The notes below the pieces were generated by a model. That model was not told the origin of the DNA. It saw nothing but the letters and a program-made list of their open reading frames with translations, and made no database searches. Of a stretch of DNA of 32,000 nucleotides, positions 16,689-26,445 are shown piece after piece. Each line of letters begins with the position of its first letter. Within the stretch, counting starts at the first letter, position 1. The DNA is taken from NCBI RefSeq assembly GCF_000406145.1, contig NZ_CM001976.1:4207472-4239471 (forward strand), written 5' to 3'. This DNA is from Dickeya dadantii NCPPB 898. Its GTDB lineage: Bacteria > Pseudomonadota > Gammaproteobacteria > Enterobacterales > Enterobacteriaceae. The translations under genes were made by a program, and so were the position numbers.

Positions 16689-18060
16689 GGTCCGCCTCCT
16701 GACGCCGCTGCGGCGCAAACTGCTGCTTGAGCGGCGAGTGGTAAACCGGCTGGTGATGATGGCGCGCCAGCATCAGGTTCGCCAGTTCAAACAGGGTGTC
16801 GCGCATACCGGCATAGCCCTGACGCGGCCGGCGGAATTCGCCGATCTTATCGAAGACAGGAAATCCGGCGCGGATCAGCGGGATGCCAAACTGCTCCGCC
16901 AGATCGGCGGCATGGGAATTGGACACCAGCATGTCGGCCGGGCTGTCGCACAGCTGATCCTGCAAATCCTCCAGATCGCCGATCAGCACCTGCTCCACCG
17001 GCAACGCCGCCAGGCTTGGCTGGTTGACCGGCGCCACCACCGGCCCCGGCGTTATCCCCTGGCTGATCGCAAAGTCGCACCAGCCCGCCAGTAGATCGCC
17101 CTCCGCCGCCAGCGCCATGCGCTGCCCTTGCAGCCACATGTGGCAGTCGATCATCGCGTCCTGCAACTGGCCGCGCTGGCGATCGATCCACGCCGGTACG
17201 TCGCGTCCGGCCAGCTGTTGCAGATGCCGGATGAAGCAGTCCATGTTCTCCAGCGTCATCAAATGCGGCAGGCTGAGCGACTGGCCGCGGCTGCGCATCG
17301 CCAGTAAGCTGGCGGCGCGGTTCAGCGACACGCCGATGGCGACGGTGCTCAGGCTTTGCCCCATCTGCTCGATGCCGCGCAACGGCGTACCGCCCTGCGT
17401 CACCGCCTGAAAATCGCCGCCGGCGAGATGCCCGTCCAGCGACTGCGAGAGATCCGGCAGGATCACCGGTTGCAGCCCGAACGCTTCAACGTAGCTGCGG
17501 ATCAGCTCGACATCGCCGGGATTGAGCAGATGGCTCAGCAGCAGATTGACGCGCCGGTTGCGCATCCCCACCGGCGGTTTGTCCGGCACCCACTGCTGGA
17601 TCACGCTCTCCACCACCGCGCTGAAGCCATTCTCCAGCGATCCGTAAAAGTCCGGCGTGTTGACCGTCAGGATCGCCACCGATTTAAAGCGCGGATAGTC
17701 GTCGCGGAACTGCCGCACCGCACGCGCCATGTCGCTGCCCTGCGCCTCGGACAACCCGGTGCTGACCAGCACGATCGCCTTTGGCGTATTGCGCTGGCAC
17801 AGCGTGGCGAGCGCGGTGAAGATATTGTCGTCCGCCCCCATGATGGTGGTGGTCGGGTCCATCGCGGTGGACTGCAACGGGATCGGCTCGTGAAAATGCT
17901 GGATGAAAAACACCTTGGCGAAGGCGCTGCAACCCTGCGCGCCATGCACCAGCGGAATGCTGTGCTCGATTCCCTGAGCGGCCAGAATCGCCCCCAGCGG
18001 TTGCCCGCTTTTAATCGGGCTGGTCGCCAGCGGTTTTTTATTGCGAATCACCTGTGCCAT
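16675..18060 (-). CDS. nifN: NifN, FeMo-co assembly scaffold subunit
   Basis: ..KPLATSPIKSGQPLGAILAAQGIEHSIPLVHGAQGCSAFAKVFFIQHFHEPIPLQSTAMD.. matches K. pneumoniae NifN. Confidence 0.96.
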   Translation of the reverse strand: MAQVIRNKKPLATSPIKSGQPLGAILAAQGIEHSIPLVHGAQGCSAFAKVFFIQHFHEPIPLQSTAMDPTTTIMGADDNIFTALATLCQRNTPKAIVLVSTGLSEAQGSDMARAVRQFRDDYPRFKSVAILTVNTPDFYGSLENGFSAVVESVIQQWVPDKPPVGMRNRRVNLLLSHLLNPGDVELIRSYVEAFGLQPVILPDLSQSLDGHLAGGDFQAVTQGGTPLRGIEQMGQSLSTVAIGVSLNRAASLLAMRSRGQSLSLPHLMTLENMDCFIRHLQQLAGRDVPAWIDRQRGQLQDAMIDCHMWLQGQRMALAAEGDLLAGWCDFAISQGITPGPVVAPVNQPSLAALPVEQVLIGDLEDLQDQLCDSPADMLVSNSHAADLAEQFGIPLIRAGFPVFDKIGEFRRPRQGYAGMRDTLFELANLMLARHHHQPVYHSPLKQQFAPQRRQEADHAAY

Positions 18061-18070
18061 CGGCTACTCC

Positions 18071-19444
18071 TTAGTGCCACGGGGCCCGTTGATGGGTTTG
18101 CCGCCAGATAGGGCTGTCCAGCGTCAGGCACAGCTGCTGCGCCAGCGCCACCAGCCCGCGATACCCGGCGAACGCGTGCTCGCGCTCCTGATTGATGTCC
18201 AGAAACGGCAGCCGCGCCTTGTACGCGGTGTACATGTTGCGCCCGCCGGCGATCATCATGTCCGCGCCGTAGCGATAGACCACATCCAGCAACGTGCGGG
18301 CGTTGCCCTCTTCCAGCATCAGCGCGTCGTCGCCCATCAGTTCGCGGATGCGCTGTTTGTCCTCCTCGGTGGATTTGCGGGTACCGGTAGCGACCACGGT
18401 AATGCCCAAATCCTGCAACGCCGACACCACCGACCAGGACTTGACGCCGCCGGTATACAGCAGCACCTTACGCCCCTGTAGGCGTTCGCGGTACGGCGCC
18501 AGCGCCTGCGCGGTCGCCGCCTCTTCGCGGGCGATCAGCGCGTCGGTGCGGGTCATCAGGTCTGCATCGCCGGTCATCGACGCCAGTTGCCGTAGCGCGT
18601 CGGACATCGCCCGCACGCCGTAGAAACTGCCTTCAAACCACGGAATGGCGTAGCGCTGCTCCAGTTGCCGGGCGACGTTGATCAGCGCCCGCGAGCACAC
18701 CAGCATGTTGGCTTCGGCCCGGTGCAGCGTCTGGATTTCGGCGAAACGGGCATCACCAGACAGGCTGCCCAACACCCGAATGCCCAGTTCGTCCAGCAGC
18801 GGCAGCACGTTCCAGAACTCGCCGGCGATATTGAACTCGCCAATCAGACCGATATCGTGCCGGTGCTCAGGGGCGAATGGGGTGTCCTGCGGCCAGGGCG
18901 CCGGTTCCCGTTGACCAATCACCTGTTTCACCATCACCTCGCCCGCCAGCCGGTTGCCGAAATTCTTGCTGCCGTAAAACCCGGCGGCGTCGATAGCGAT
19001 CACCGGCACGCCCACCGCTGTCGATGCGGCGCGACACACCGCCTCGATGTCGTCGCCCTCCATCGCCGGCACGCAGGTGTTGTAGATAAAGACCGCCGCC
19101 GGGTGATAACGGCTGACGATATGCCGCACCGCGTGGAACAGCCGCCGTTCGCCGCGCCCCATGATCACGTCCTGCTCGTTGAGGTCGGTGGTGAAACCGA
19201 GTCGGTTGAGCGTCGGGCCGGAACTCTGGCTGCCGCGGTTATCCCAGGAACTGCCGGTGCAGCCAATCGGCCCGTGTACCAGATGGGCGACATCCGCCAG
19301 CGGCAGCAGCGTGATCTGCGCGCCGTCAAACGCGCAGCCGCCCGCGGTAGCGCCGGGTTTAGGCGCGCTGCACCCCGACTTTTGCTTGTGGTTGTGTTCA
19401 CAGGCCGGCTCGTCGAACAACGCCAGAATCTCACTTCCCTTCAT
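18071..19444 (-). CDS. nifE: NifE, FeMo-co assembly scaffold subunit
   Basis: [48 protein letters not shown].. is nearly identical to the K. pneumoniae NifE N-terminus. The extension to 19486 was rejected. Confidence 0.96.
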   Translation of the reverse strand: MKGSEILALFDEPACEHNHKQKSGCSAPKPGATAGGCAFDGAQITLLPLADVAHLVHGPIGCTGSSWDNRGSQSSGPTLNRLGFTTDLNEQDVIMGRGERRLFHAVRHIVSRYHPAAVFIYNTCVPAMEGDDIEAVCRAASTAVGVPVIAIDAAGFYGSKNFGNRLAGEVMVKQVIGQREPAPWPQDTPFAPEHRHDIGLIGEFNIAGEFWNVLPLLDELGIRVLGSLSGDARFAEIQTLHRAEANMLVCSRALINVARQLEQRYAIPWFEGSFYGVRAMSDALRQLASMTGDADLMTRTDALIAREEAATAQALAPYRERLQGRKVLLYTGGVKSWSVVSALQDLGITVVATGTRKSTEEDKQRIRELMGDDALMLEEGNARTLLDVVYRYGADMMIAGGRNMYTAYKARLPFLDINQEREHAFAGYRGLVALAQQLCLTLDSPIWRQTHQRAPWH

Positions 19445-19481
19445 CTCACCCTCGCCGCGTTTGTTGATATCACCCGGACGG

Positions 19482-19498
19482 TGCAAAACGCAGGCCAG
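19482..19498 (-). promoter_or_regulatory. Sigma54 -24/-12 promoter of nifENX
   Basis: The minus strand reads CTGGCCTGCGTTTTGCA (GG-N10-GC, TTGCA). It lies about 40 nt upstream of the nifE ATG. Confidence 0.7.
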
Positions 19499-19530
19499 CG
19501 CTGATATTTTGATTTATAAGGAAAAAGTGA

Positions 19531-19546
19531 TGTGAGGTTTACGACA
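19531..19546. promoter_or_regulatory. Candidate NifA UAS (TGT-N10-ACA) for nifE
   Basis: Exact TGTGAGGTTTACGACA. It is unusually close to the -24 element, about 35-40 bp upstream. Confidence 0.45.
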
Positions 19547-19892
19547 AAGCAGACAATTGGCGGAGAGGATCAGCACAGAGGGACGCGAATCATTGCGGGA
19601 CACAGTCTGACCTACATCAACGACCCTTCGTTATAAAACTATTAGGCTGTCCCTCCTATCAGGCCGGTGCGCCACCTCTGATAGGAAACACAGCGTAACA
19701 GGCTGCGGACTCGCGCATAGGCCCACTCTGCGCGCCGCTCTCCGCGTTGATAGCGGCGGGGCGGGTCTGCACCAGCGGCACACGTAATTATGGAACACAG
19801 CCTCTGCCTTACCGATATTGATTTCATGTCAGCAAGACGGAAGAAACCATAGCGGCAGGCAGGGAAAACCAGTCGTTTAAAGGAGATAGGGG

Positions 19893-21485
19893 ATGTTAGA
19901 AAAAATCAAAATAAAAAATGGGCTTTACTGCGTTATCGCCGTATTTGTGCTGCTATTACTTTCCATTTGCACGTACAGTCTGTATTCCTCCATGCAAAGC
20001 AACCTGTCGATCCGAAAGGTCAACAGCATTGATGGAGAACAGCTTATCCCCCTTTATTCCGCCTATTCGGAAATGCTCAATGCCAGACTGGCCGGCATCA
20101 ACGTCGCGCTGGCGATTGAGGAAAAAAAGGATAACGCCACGATCGACGCCGCATTGAACCGGCTTAACGGCTATATCGACGCCGCCAACGGTACGATGGC
20201 GGAACTGCGCAATATTCCGACGCTGACGTCGCAAGGCCGCGCGCTGCGCGGTGAAATCGATGAAGCCTTCAATGACTACATGAACAACGCCGTCGCCCCG
20301 ATGCTCACCGCGCTGCGCGAGCGCAACGTTGAGCGGTTCTACACCACGCTGGTGCCCAGTGCACTGGAGAAAGGCGCGACCTTCCGCCAGAAGCTGACGC
20401 AGTTTGTCACCTTCGCCAAAGGTATCGGGCATGAAGAGATCGCACAGGCGGACAGCTTCTATCAGCAAACATTAACGGTCCTGATCGCCACGCTGGGTGT
20501 GGTGGTGCTCATCAGTCTATTCACCCTGAAGTTCATCCGCACCGTGGTGCTGACCCCGATGCAGAAAGTCAGAACCTATTTCGGCATGATGGAACAAGGC
20601 GTACTGACGCTGGATATTCCTCCTCAGCACAATACCGAGATGGGCGGGCTGATGGTTTCGCTGAAAGACATGCAGCAGGCATTCCGCAAAATCGTGCTGG
20701 ATGTCAGAGACTCGGCCGGTTCCGTGGCGGCCGGCGCGGAACAGATCTCCGCCGCCAACCGGGATTTCGCCGCCCGTACCGAAGCGCAGGCGTCATCCGT
20801 CGAGCAAACCGCCGCCAGCATGGAACAAATCACCGCATCTGTGCAGGAAAACACCGCCAACACCGGCAAAGCCATGACTCTGACCAACTCCGTGGCGACG
20901 CTGGCGGAAAAAAACGCCAGCAACTTTAGCCAGATGATCGAACGCATCCAGCATATCGCCGACAGCTCCAACAAGATCAACGATATCATCAGCATCATGG
21001 ACGGCATCGCCTTCCAGACCAACATTCTGGCGCTTAACGCCGCGGTGGAAGCCGCCCGCGCGGGCGAAGCCGGTAAAGGCTTTGCGGTGGTGGCGTCTGA
21101 AGTGCGCAGTCTGGCGCAGCGCAGCGCCGGGTCAGCGCGAGAAATCAAAGAGTTGATCGAAAAAACGGCCAGTGAAATCGCTCTGGGCGAAAAAGTCGCC
21201 TCGCTCTCCACCCAGGATATGACGCGGCTGATGGATGAGATTAAACGCGTGAATGAATTCATGGCGGATATCTCGATGGCTTCATCAGAGCAAGCCAAAG
21301 GCATCGAACAGGTTAACACCGCCATCACCCTGCTTGAGCAAGCCTCCCAGCAAAACGCGGCGCTGGTCGAAGAGTCCGCCTCCGCCAGTTCCTCGCTGCA
21401 CGAACAGGCGAAAAATCTGGACGACACCATGACGTTTTTCAACCTGAGCGACAACAGCCCACTGGCTATCGCCGCGCCGCGTTGA
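19893..21485 (+). CDS. Methyl-accepting chemotaxis protein (four-helix-bundle periplasmic sensor, HAMP, MA signalling domain)
   Basis: It has two TM segments, a HAMP region and the conserved hairpin ..[41 protein letters not shown]... The SD is AAAGGAGA. Confidence 0.92.
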   Translation: MLEKIKIKNGLYCVIAVFVLLLLSICTYSLYSSMQSNLSIRKVNSIDGEQLIPLYSAYSEMLNARLAGINVALAIEEKKDNATIDAALNRLNGYIDAANGTMAELRNIPTLTSQGRALRGEIDEAFNDYMNNAVAPMLTALRERNVERFYTTLVPSALEKGATFRQKLTQFVTFAKGIGHEEIAQADSFYQQTLTVLIATLGVVVLISLFTLKFIRTVVLTPMQKVRTYFGMMEQGVLTLDIPPQHNTEMGGLMVSLKDMQQAFRKIVLDVRDSAGSVAAGAEQISAANRDFAARTEAQASSVEQTAASMEQITASVQENTANTGKAMTLTNSVATLAEKNASNFSQMIERIQHIADSSNKINDIISIMDGIAFQTNILALNAAVEAARAGEAGKGFAVVASEVRSLAQRSAGSAREIKELIEKTASEIALGEKVASLSTQDMTRLMDEIKRVNEFMADISMASSEQAKGIEQVNTAITLLEQASQQNAALVEESASASSSLHEQAKNLDDTMTFFNLSDNSPLAIAAPR

Positions 21486-21493
21486 CGCTTTCC

Positions 21494-21509
21494 GGCCGCA
21501 ACCGCGGCC
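21494..21509 (+). terminator. Short GC hairpin after the MCP gene
   Basis: ggccgc-aacc-gcggcc is followed by a weak T-containing tail (tcttcgtc). Confidence 0.3.
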
Positions 21510-21733
21510 TCTTCGTCAGCCCGCTATCAACGGCGGGTTGATTTTCCCCCTATTTCGCCGGTAGACACAGCCGCTCACACCAATCAACGCGCTTGTTACA
21601 CCCGGCAAGCGATCTTTTACATCCCGCGACGATAATAGAAGTGAAGATAATCGAACTGTGTCCCGCAATGAGGCATGACACCGCCCAGCGTTAACAGCGA
21701 CTCTTACCTGCATCGGCCTTATCAGGAGACATC

Positions 21734-22108
21734 ATGGCGCTCAAGCCTGCCCGAACCGGCATCACCCCAACTAACGCGTTATTATCCTGGACACTGTTGC
21801 TATGCAGCATGCTGCTGTTGTCCGGTTGCCCTCGCAAGTCAGAATGGCCGCCGGCCAAACAGCCGATTCCCTACGGCAAGTGCGACAAAGTCGGCGACTA
21901 CAACATCCGGTTCGATCGCTTCGACGAAACCGCTCAGCAGATCGCCCACGCCACCGGTTGCGGCATCATCACCGACAACAGCACCGCCGCCGTCCGGCCT
22001 CATCCGGTGGTCGGCACCATGACCATCCGTCAGGCAGTGCAGATGGCGATTACCGGCACCCGGCTGCGGATCACGCATCAGGACGCAGAGAGCATCACGG
22101 TGGAGTGA
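21734..22108 (+). CDS. Lipoprotein with a stand-alone STN-like (secretin/TonB N-terminal) domain
   Basis: The lipobox is LLLSGC. The C-terminal half ..ETAQQIAHATGCGIITDNS..VVGTMTIRQAVQMAITGTRLRITHQDAESITV follows the STN pattern as I recall it. The SD is AGGAGA. Confidence 0.65.
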   Translation: MALKPARTGITPTNALLSWTLLLCSMLLLSGCPRKSEWPPAKQPIPYGKCDKVGDYNIRFDRFDETAQQIAHATGCGIITDNSTAAVRPHPVVGTMTIRQAVQMAITGTRLRITHQDAESITVE

Positions 22109-22119
22109 TAGCACGGAAC

Positions 22120-23331
22120 TTAATTGAATTTTTTCTTCTTATCATGACGGTACGGCTTCGCACTGTAAGCCGGCGTCATGACTGTCGATACCGCTTGTTT
22201 AATTGACTCTTTTAATCCTTTAAACAAGCTGATTTCATTTGAGATATCCAGATAATCACTGATCCCCTGAGCCAGGGACTCAATAATAGTTTGTGCGTCA
22301 CGAATACGGAAAGTAGACGACTCAGCCAGTTTCAGCAGACAGGCTTTATCCGGAAATACCTTACTGTTTGCCATCTTGAGCGCCATCTTATTATCAATGG
22401 CGTCATAAATCAGAGTATGGGTGATATCAAACGGCGGAGAAATAAATATCCGTTTCATGTCGGGCGTATATTGCAAGGCAAAATTTTTCAGATGAGCATC
22501 GCCATTACCGATCAAACAATTAAACACAATGTATTGATACATTTTGAATACTTCATCATAACTACCGGTGTAAAGATGCGTTGCTTTCAACAATGTCTCG
22601 TAGCTGCCACTATATTTCGCATCAGGATTGTTGGATTTTTTCAGCAATGTAGTGAAATCTTCATACCCCAATCGCTGCCCTTCTGGTTTATCGAAACGCG
22701 CAACAACAAAGGTTTCAAGATTCTCTGACAACCAGGTATCAGGCGGTTCTAAACCGCAATACCTCGCCGCCCCCATACATACAAATTCATTAACCGTCAG
22801 CAAAGGAAATAGCTCGTCAAACGATTTCACGATAAGCGCTTTCTGTTCCACCGTCCTGCCTGTTTCGGGCAGGCTAACCTTGGGCTGTACGCCGGCCAGC
22901 GTATTACTCAAGTAATATTTTTCCAGCAACTGGGGAAATAACGGCTCCGCGCCCTGATAATGCAAAATCTCGGATAACGAGATATTTTCAGTTTCAGAAA
23001 AATGTAAATCGCTTTGGTAATCCAGCATGCCAATACCATGCTCTCCCTGCAATGCAAGCAGATACATATCATTGACCCGCGCATAACGGGCCAGTTTTTC
23101 CGCGATATAACGTCGGTTAAATCCTTCAGGAAGGTTCTGCGCGAAAACAGGATGCAGGGCGCCGGATACATAGCCATCCAGCGTAGAGTTTGTCATGGTT
23201 AACGACACATGATGCTGAACCTGAGTGGGCTGATAATGATGAACCGAACCGTGCGTCAGAACGCCCAATGGCTGGCCTGATGAACACACGGTAATCTTGT
23301 CGATTTTTCCGGGCAGTTGCTCCAGCACCAT
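22120..23331 (-). CDS. hipA: HipA-family Ser/Thr kinase toxin
   Basis: It has GVQPKVS (P-loop-like), NGDAHLKNFAL (catalytic loop) and SPPFDITHT (Mg-binding Asp region). It is 403 aa and the gene is AT-rich. Confidence 0.88.
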   Translation of the reverse strand: MVLEQLPGKIDKITVCSSGQPLGVLTHGSVHHYQPTQVQHHVSLTMTNSTLDGYVSGALHPVFAQNLPEGFNRRYIAEKLARYARVNDMYLLALQGEHGIGMLDYQSDLHFSETENISLSEILHYQGAEPLFPQLLEKYYLSNTLAGVQPKVSLPETGRTVEQKALIVKSFDELFPLLTVNEFVCMGAARYCGLEPPDTWLSENLETFVVARFDKPEGQRLGYEDFTTLLKKSNNPDAKYSGSYETLLKATHLYTGSYDEVFKMYQYIVFNCLIGNGDAHLKNFALQYTPDMKRIFISPPFDITHTLIYDAIDNKMALKMANSKVFPDKACLLKLAESSTFRIRDAQTIIESLAQGISDYLDISNEISLFKGLKESIKQAVSTVMTPAYSAKPYRHDKKKKFN

Positions 23332-23588
23332 TATTCATCCTCCGCGAATAGCTTGTCGACCTCATCCCAGCCTGGCAGCCGATGCTGCTTCGTCATCAAT
23401 TCAAGCTGTAAACCGACCGCATCCAGATACCGTTCAAAAATATCCAGCGAGCCGGTAAACCGGCCGTTTTCAATCTCGGATAACGTGGTTTTGTTAATCC
23501 CCGTCTGTTCCGCCACTTGTTTTTGCGTCAACCCGCACGCCTTACGGGTACTGGCTATCGTTTTTCCCATACTCTCTCTGCTTGCCAT
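23331..23588 (-). CDS. hipB: HipB-like XRE-family HTH antitoxin
   Basis: ..TRKACGLTQKQVAEQTGINKTTLSEIENG.. is an XRE-family HTH. Its stop overlaps the hipA ATG (TAATG). An alternative start is MGKT at 23570. Confidence 0.8.
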   Translation of the reverse strand: MASRESMGKTIASTRKACGLTQKQVAEQTGINKTTLSEIENGRFTGSLDIFERYLDAVGLQLELMTKQHRLPGWDEVDKLFAEDE

Positions 23589-23644
23589 GCTCCGCCGCCG
23601 CTAACGTTATGCCATCGCTTATCAAGAGAATACCACCCAAAAAG

Positions 23645-23660
23645 TTAGCCATATAGCTAA
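23645..23660. promoter_or_regulatory. Imperfect palindrome TTAGCCATATAGCTAA, candidate HipB operator
   Basis: It shares the TAGCCATAT.GCTA core with the perfect palindrome 38 bp away. It lies 57 bp upstream of the hipB ATG. Confidence 0.45.
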
Positions 23661-23678
23661 TAAACGAGACAGAACATA

Positions 23679-23704
23679 AAAAGGTAGCCATATGGCTACC
23701 TTTT
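23679..23704. promoter_or_regulatory. 26-bp perfect palindrome AAAAGGTAGCCATATGGCTACCTTTT: candidate HipB operator and/or bidirectional terminator insulating hipBA from nifHDKTY read-through
   Basis: The dyad is perfect and is flanked by A and T runs. It lies between the nifY stop (23821) and the hipB start (23588). Confidence 0.5.
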
Positions 23705-23820
23705 ATCAAAAAAACCGGCATCACGATGATTACGCCGATCGACGGCGAGACACGATGTATAACAGCAAACACCAGCCACCAGGAAAAAACAGACCAATAC
23801 ACCGGTATGCTTGCCGGGCA

Positions 23821-24483
23821 TCAAAACACCCTATCCTCCAGCGGGTTGCCTTTCTCCAGCCGCTTGGCGAGCCACGGCGGCAGCGTGCCGGCCAGCAGGG
23901 TTTGCAACGCGTCGCGTTGAGGCTGAATCTGGGTGCCGGGCGCAATCTTCACCGGGTGAATATTGTGGCGAATGATGCGCGCCGCCGCCGGGCCGCCAAT
24001 CGCCTCGCAGAACAACAGGTGGCAATCGTTCAGCAGCGCTGAACGCACTTCGTTGCCTTCTTGCTCGCCCCCGGCGGGCTGATAGCGGCGCAGGTCGTGC
24101 AGCCAGGAACCGTCCTGATCGAACGCGTAGATAAAAAACAGCCGACACTGACCGAAATGGCCGTTAATGGTCAGCCCATCCTGCGACGCGAACGCCGCCA
24201 GTAGCTGCGGGCTGCGTCGGGAAGGCGCAACTACCGCCAGATGCGGCGGCAGCGCGCCGCGCAGGCAGTCCATTACCGAGCGCCAGCGCGCCGGGGTCAT
24301 GGCGTCGGCATCAACCGGAAAACGCGCCGCCAGTTGCGCCTGCGTCAGCGACGCCAGCCGCTCCGCATCCAGCGATGCCTCATCGCCGTCGCCGAGCCAG
24401 CCCAGCAGCCGGGGCGGCGGCAGCTCCGGCAGGCACTGGATCAGCGCGAACAGGCGCCAGAACAACACATCGTCATCAGACAT
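23821..24483 (-). CDS. nifY: NifY
   Basis: ..INGHFGQCRLFFIYAFD..LLFCEAIGGPAAARIIRHNIHPVK.. shows the NifX/NifY family core. Its position after nifT matches the Klebsiella order. Confidence 0.93.
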   Translation of the reverse strand: MSDDDVLFWRLFALIQCLPELPPPRLLGWLGDGDEASLDAERLASLTQAQLAARFPVDADAMTPARWRSVMDCLRGALPPHLAVVAPSRRSPQLLAAFASQDGLTINGHFGQCRLFFIYAFDQDGSWLHDLRRYQPAGGEQEGNEVRSALLNDCHLLFCEAIGGPAAARIIRHNIHPVKIAPGTQIQPQRDALQTLLAGTLPPWLAKRLEKGNPLEDRVF

Positions 24484-24495
24484 GCTCCTTTCTCC

Positions 24496-24714
24496 TTATC
24501 CAAGCTCAGCACGGCTGGCGCGCAAGCTGACCGGGAACACGGGTTTCGCGTCCTGAGGATTGACGTAATAGGCTTTGCCACCTTCCAGCTCGACGCGCCC
24601 GCCCCAGTAATCGTACCGATCAAACTCCATGCCCGTTACTTTGGCTTCCAGGTCCAGCTTGGCGATGTAGCAATACAGCTGCGCGTTGCGCTCACGAAAA
24701 ATCACCACCGGCAT
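24496..24714 (-). CDS. nifT: NifT
   Basis: MPVVIFRERNAQLYCYIAKLDLEAKV.. matches K. pneumoniae NifT (MPVVIFRERGDTLYCYIAKQDLEARV). The SD is AAGGAG. Confidence 0.93.
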   Translation of the reverse strand: MPVVIFRERNAQLYCYIAKLDLEAKVTGMEFDRYDYWGGRVELEGGKAYYVNPQDAKPVFPVSLRASRAELG

Positions 24715-24815
24715 CGGTTTCTCCTTAACGGAACAGGGCCGCCCGGACAACGCCGGGCGCCTGGTTATGGCAGAAGGTCGCGCGATCTCCCCGTCCGCAG
24801 GGAGACGCCGCTACC

Positions 24816-26384
24816 TCAACGGATCAGATCGAAGCTGTAATCGGTCTGGCCGAGCTTCATGGTGTCGTGATCCAGTTTCTCCAGCACCGTGTTCACCAGC
24901 GTGGTAAGGATCGACATCGCCCCCTCGTAGCCCCAGGTGGTCTGACGGTGCAGGTGGTGGCGGTCGAACAGCGGGAAGCCGAGCCGGATCAACGGCACTT
25001 CAAACTGCTCGCCCTTCGCCAGCGTGTCGCGCTGGATGAACTTGCCGTAGGAGTTGCCGATCATGAAATCCGGTTGGTTGGTGAACATCAGCGAGCGGAA
25101 ATGCCACAGGTCGCAGTTGATGTACACGTCGCTGTCCTGACCGTAGGGCGACGCTTCCAGCAATGCCTTCATCGCCTTCTGCCAGCGTTTGCTGCCGTTG
25201 TGACACAGAATCACCGTTGGTTCGCAGCCCAGCTCCAGCAGAAACTGGGTTAACCCCATGACAAAATCCGGGTCGCCGTACAGGCCGAAGCGCTTGCCGT
25301 GCAGCCAGGTGTGGGAGTCGAGCATCATGTCCACCAGCCGGCCGCGCTCCAGCGTCAGCGCCTCGCCAATCGGTTTGCCGGTCAGTTCGCTGACCGTCAT
25401 CAGCAGTTTGTCGGTCGCCGCCAGGCCGATCGGCACCGGCACCTCGCTGGCGGGCTGATTCCACACGTCCTGCACCATCTTTTTGGTTTTCACCAGATGC
25501 CACGGCTGTAGCAACAGCGTATCGATGGCGTTCGGCGCCTCGCGCATCTCCTGCTGGCTGGTGCCGCCGGCGTACATGCGGTAGTGGCCGTCGGCCGGGG
25601 TATCCAGCACCTCGGACGGGTCCGACAGCAGGCTGCACGGCACGTCCATCTGCGCCATCATCCGTTTCATCACCCGGAAGTTGCCGAGATAGGTTTCAAA
25701 CCCGGTAACCAGATTCAGCCGCGGCTGACTGCCGGGCTGGTAGTTTTTCCCTTCGCCGGTGGTGAAGGTGCGGGCGAACCCTTCGAACATGTTGTCCCAG
25801 CCGGTGACGTGGCTGCCGATAAAACTCGGGGTGTGGGCGTAAGGGATCGGCATGTCTGCCGCGACAAATCCGTCTTTCTTGGCGTTGGCGATAAAGGCCT
25901 GCAAGTCATCGCCGATCACTTCCGCCATGCAGGTGGTAGAGACGGCGATCATCTCCGGCTGGTAGAGCGCGCTGGCGTTTTGCAAGCCGCTGTTCATATT
26001 GTTATTACCGCCGAATACCGCGGCATCTTCGGTCATCGAGTCGGAAACGCAGGCGATCGGCTCTTTGAAGTGACGATTAAAATAGGTGCGAAAATAAGCC
26101 ACGCACCCCTGCGAACCGTGCACATAAGGCAAGGTATTGGCAAACCCGAGCGCGCACAGCACCGCGCCCAGCGGCTGGCAGGCTTTCGCTGGGTCGATGG
26201 TCAGCGCTTCACGCTGGAAATTCAGGTCCTGGTACTCTTGGGTGGTGGTCCATTCGAACACGTCGCGCACGCGCTGTTCGTCGTGGGCTTCCTCCATACC
26301 GCGCTTGTTGCGAAACAGCGTCTGGTACTCTTCCTGCTCAAACAACGGGTAGCAGGGCTGGGTTTTTTCAGCAGTTTGACTCAT
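24816..26384 (-). CDS. nifK: NifK, nitrogenase MoFe protein beta chain
   Basis: MSQTAEKTQPCYPLFEQEEYQTLFRNKR.. and the rest are collinear with K. pneumoniae NifK. The SD is GGGAGGAG. Confidence 0.97.
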   Translation of the reverse strand: MSQTAEKTQPCYPLFEQEEYQTLFRNKRGMEEAHDEQRVRDVFEWTTTQEYQDLNFQREALTIDPAKACQPLGAVLCALGFANTLPYVHGSQGCVAYFRTYFNRHFKEPIACVSDSMTEDAAVFGGNNNMNSGLQNASALYQPEMIAVSTTCMAEVIGDDLQAFIANAKKDGFVAADMPIPYAHTPSFIGSHVTGWDNMFEGFARTFTTGEGKNYQPGSQPRLNLVTGFETYLGNFRVMKRMMAQMDVPCSLLSDPSEVLDTPADGHYRMYAGGTSQQEMREAPNAIDTLLLQPWHLVKTKKMVQDVWNQPASEVPVPIGLAATDKLLMTVSELTGKPIGEALTLERGRLVDMMLDSHTWLHGKRFGLYGDPDFVMGLTQFLLELGCEPTVILCHNGSKRWQKAMKALLEASPYGQDSDVYINCDLWHFRSLMFTNQPDFMIGNSYGKFIQRDTLAKGEQFEVPLIRLGFPLFDRHHLHRQTTWGYEGAMSILTTLVNTVLEKLDHDTMKLGQTDYSFDLIR

Positions 26385-26445
26385 GGTGTTCTCCTCCCGC
26401 GTCACTAATCGGTGAACTGACGGGATATCAGGCTGGTTTTATTAA

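Larger units (their letters stand above)
19560..23815. other. Mosaic non-nif insertion between the nifE regulatory region and the nifY 3' end
   Basis: nifY and nifE are adjacent in the Klebsiella arrangement. Here about 4.2 kb of unrelated genes intervene, with visibly different base composition in each part. Boundaries are approximate. Confidence 0.65.

Noticed and set aside
19640-19700. An extended hairpin (gctgt-ccct-cctatcag ... ctgatagg-aaac-acagc) upstream of the MCP gene, considered as a possible sRNA, riboswitch or REP element.
   Set aside because: It has a single short interrupted stem with a 15-nt loop. I can recognise no conserved riboswitch motif and there is no terminator tail. 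The evidence is insufficient.
20624-21454. A 276-aa minus-strand ORF antisense to the MCP signalling domain.
   Set aside because: It is a Ser/Ala/Cys-rich mirror of the Ala/Glu/Ser-rich MCP coiled coil. The MCP frame carries the unmistakable conserved hairpin motif.
23542-23802. An 86-aa hydrophobic minus-strand ORF spanning the hipB operator region and the hipB 5' end.
   Set aside because: It overlaps the hipB start in another frame and runs through both palindromes. It has no SD. Its hydrophobicity is explained by T-rich codons in AT-rich DNA.
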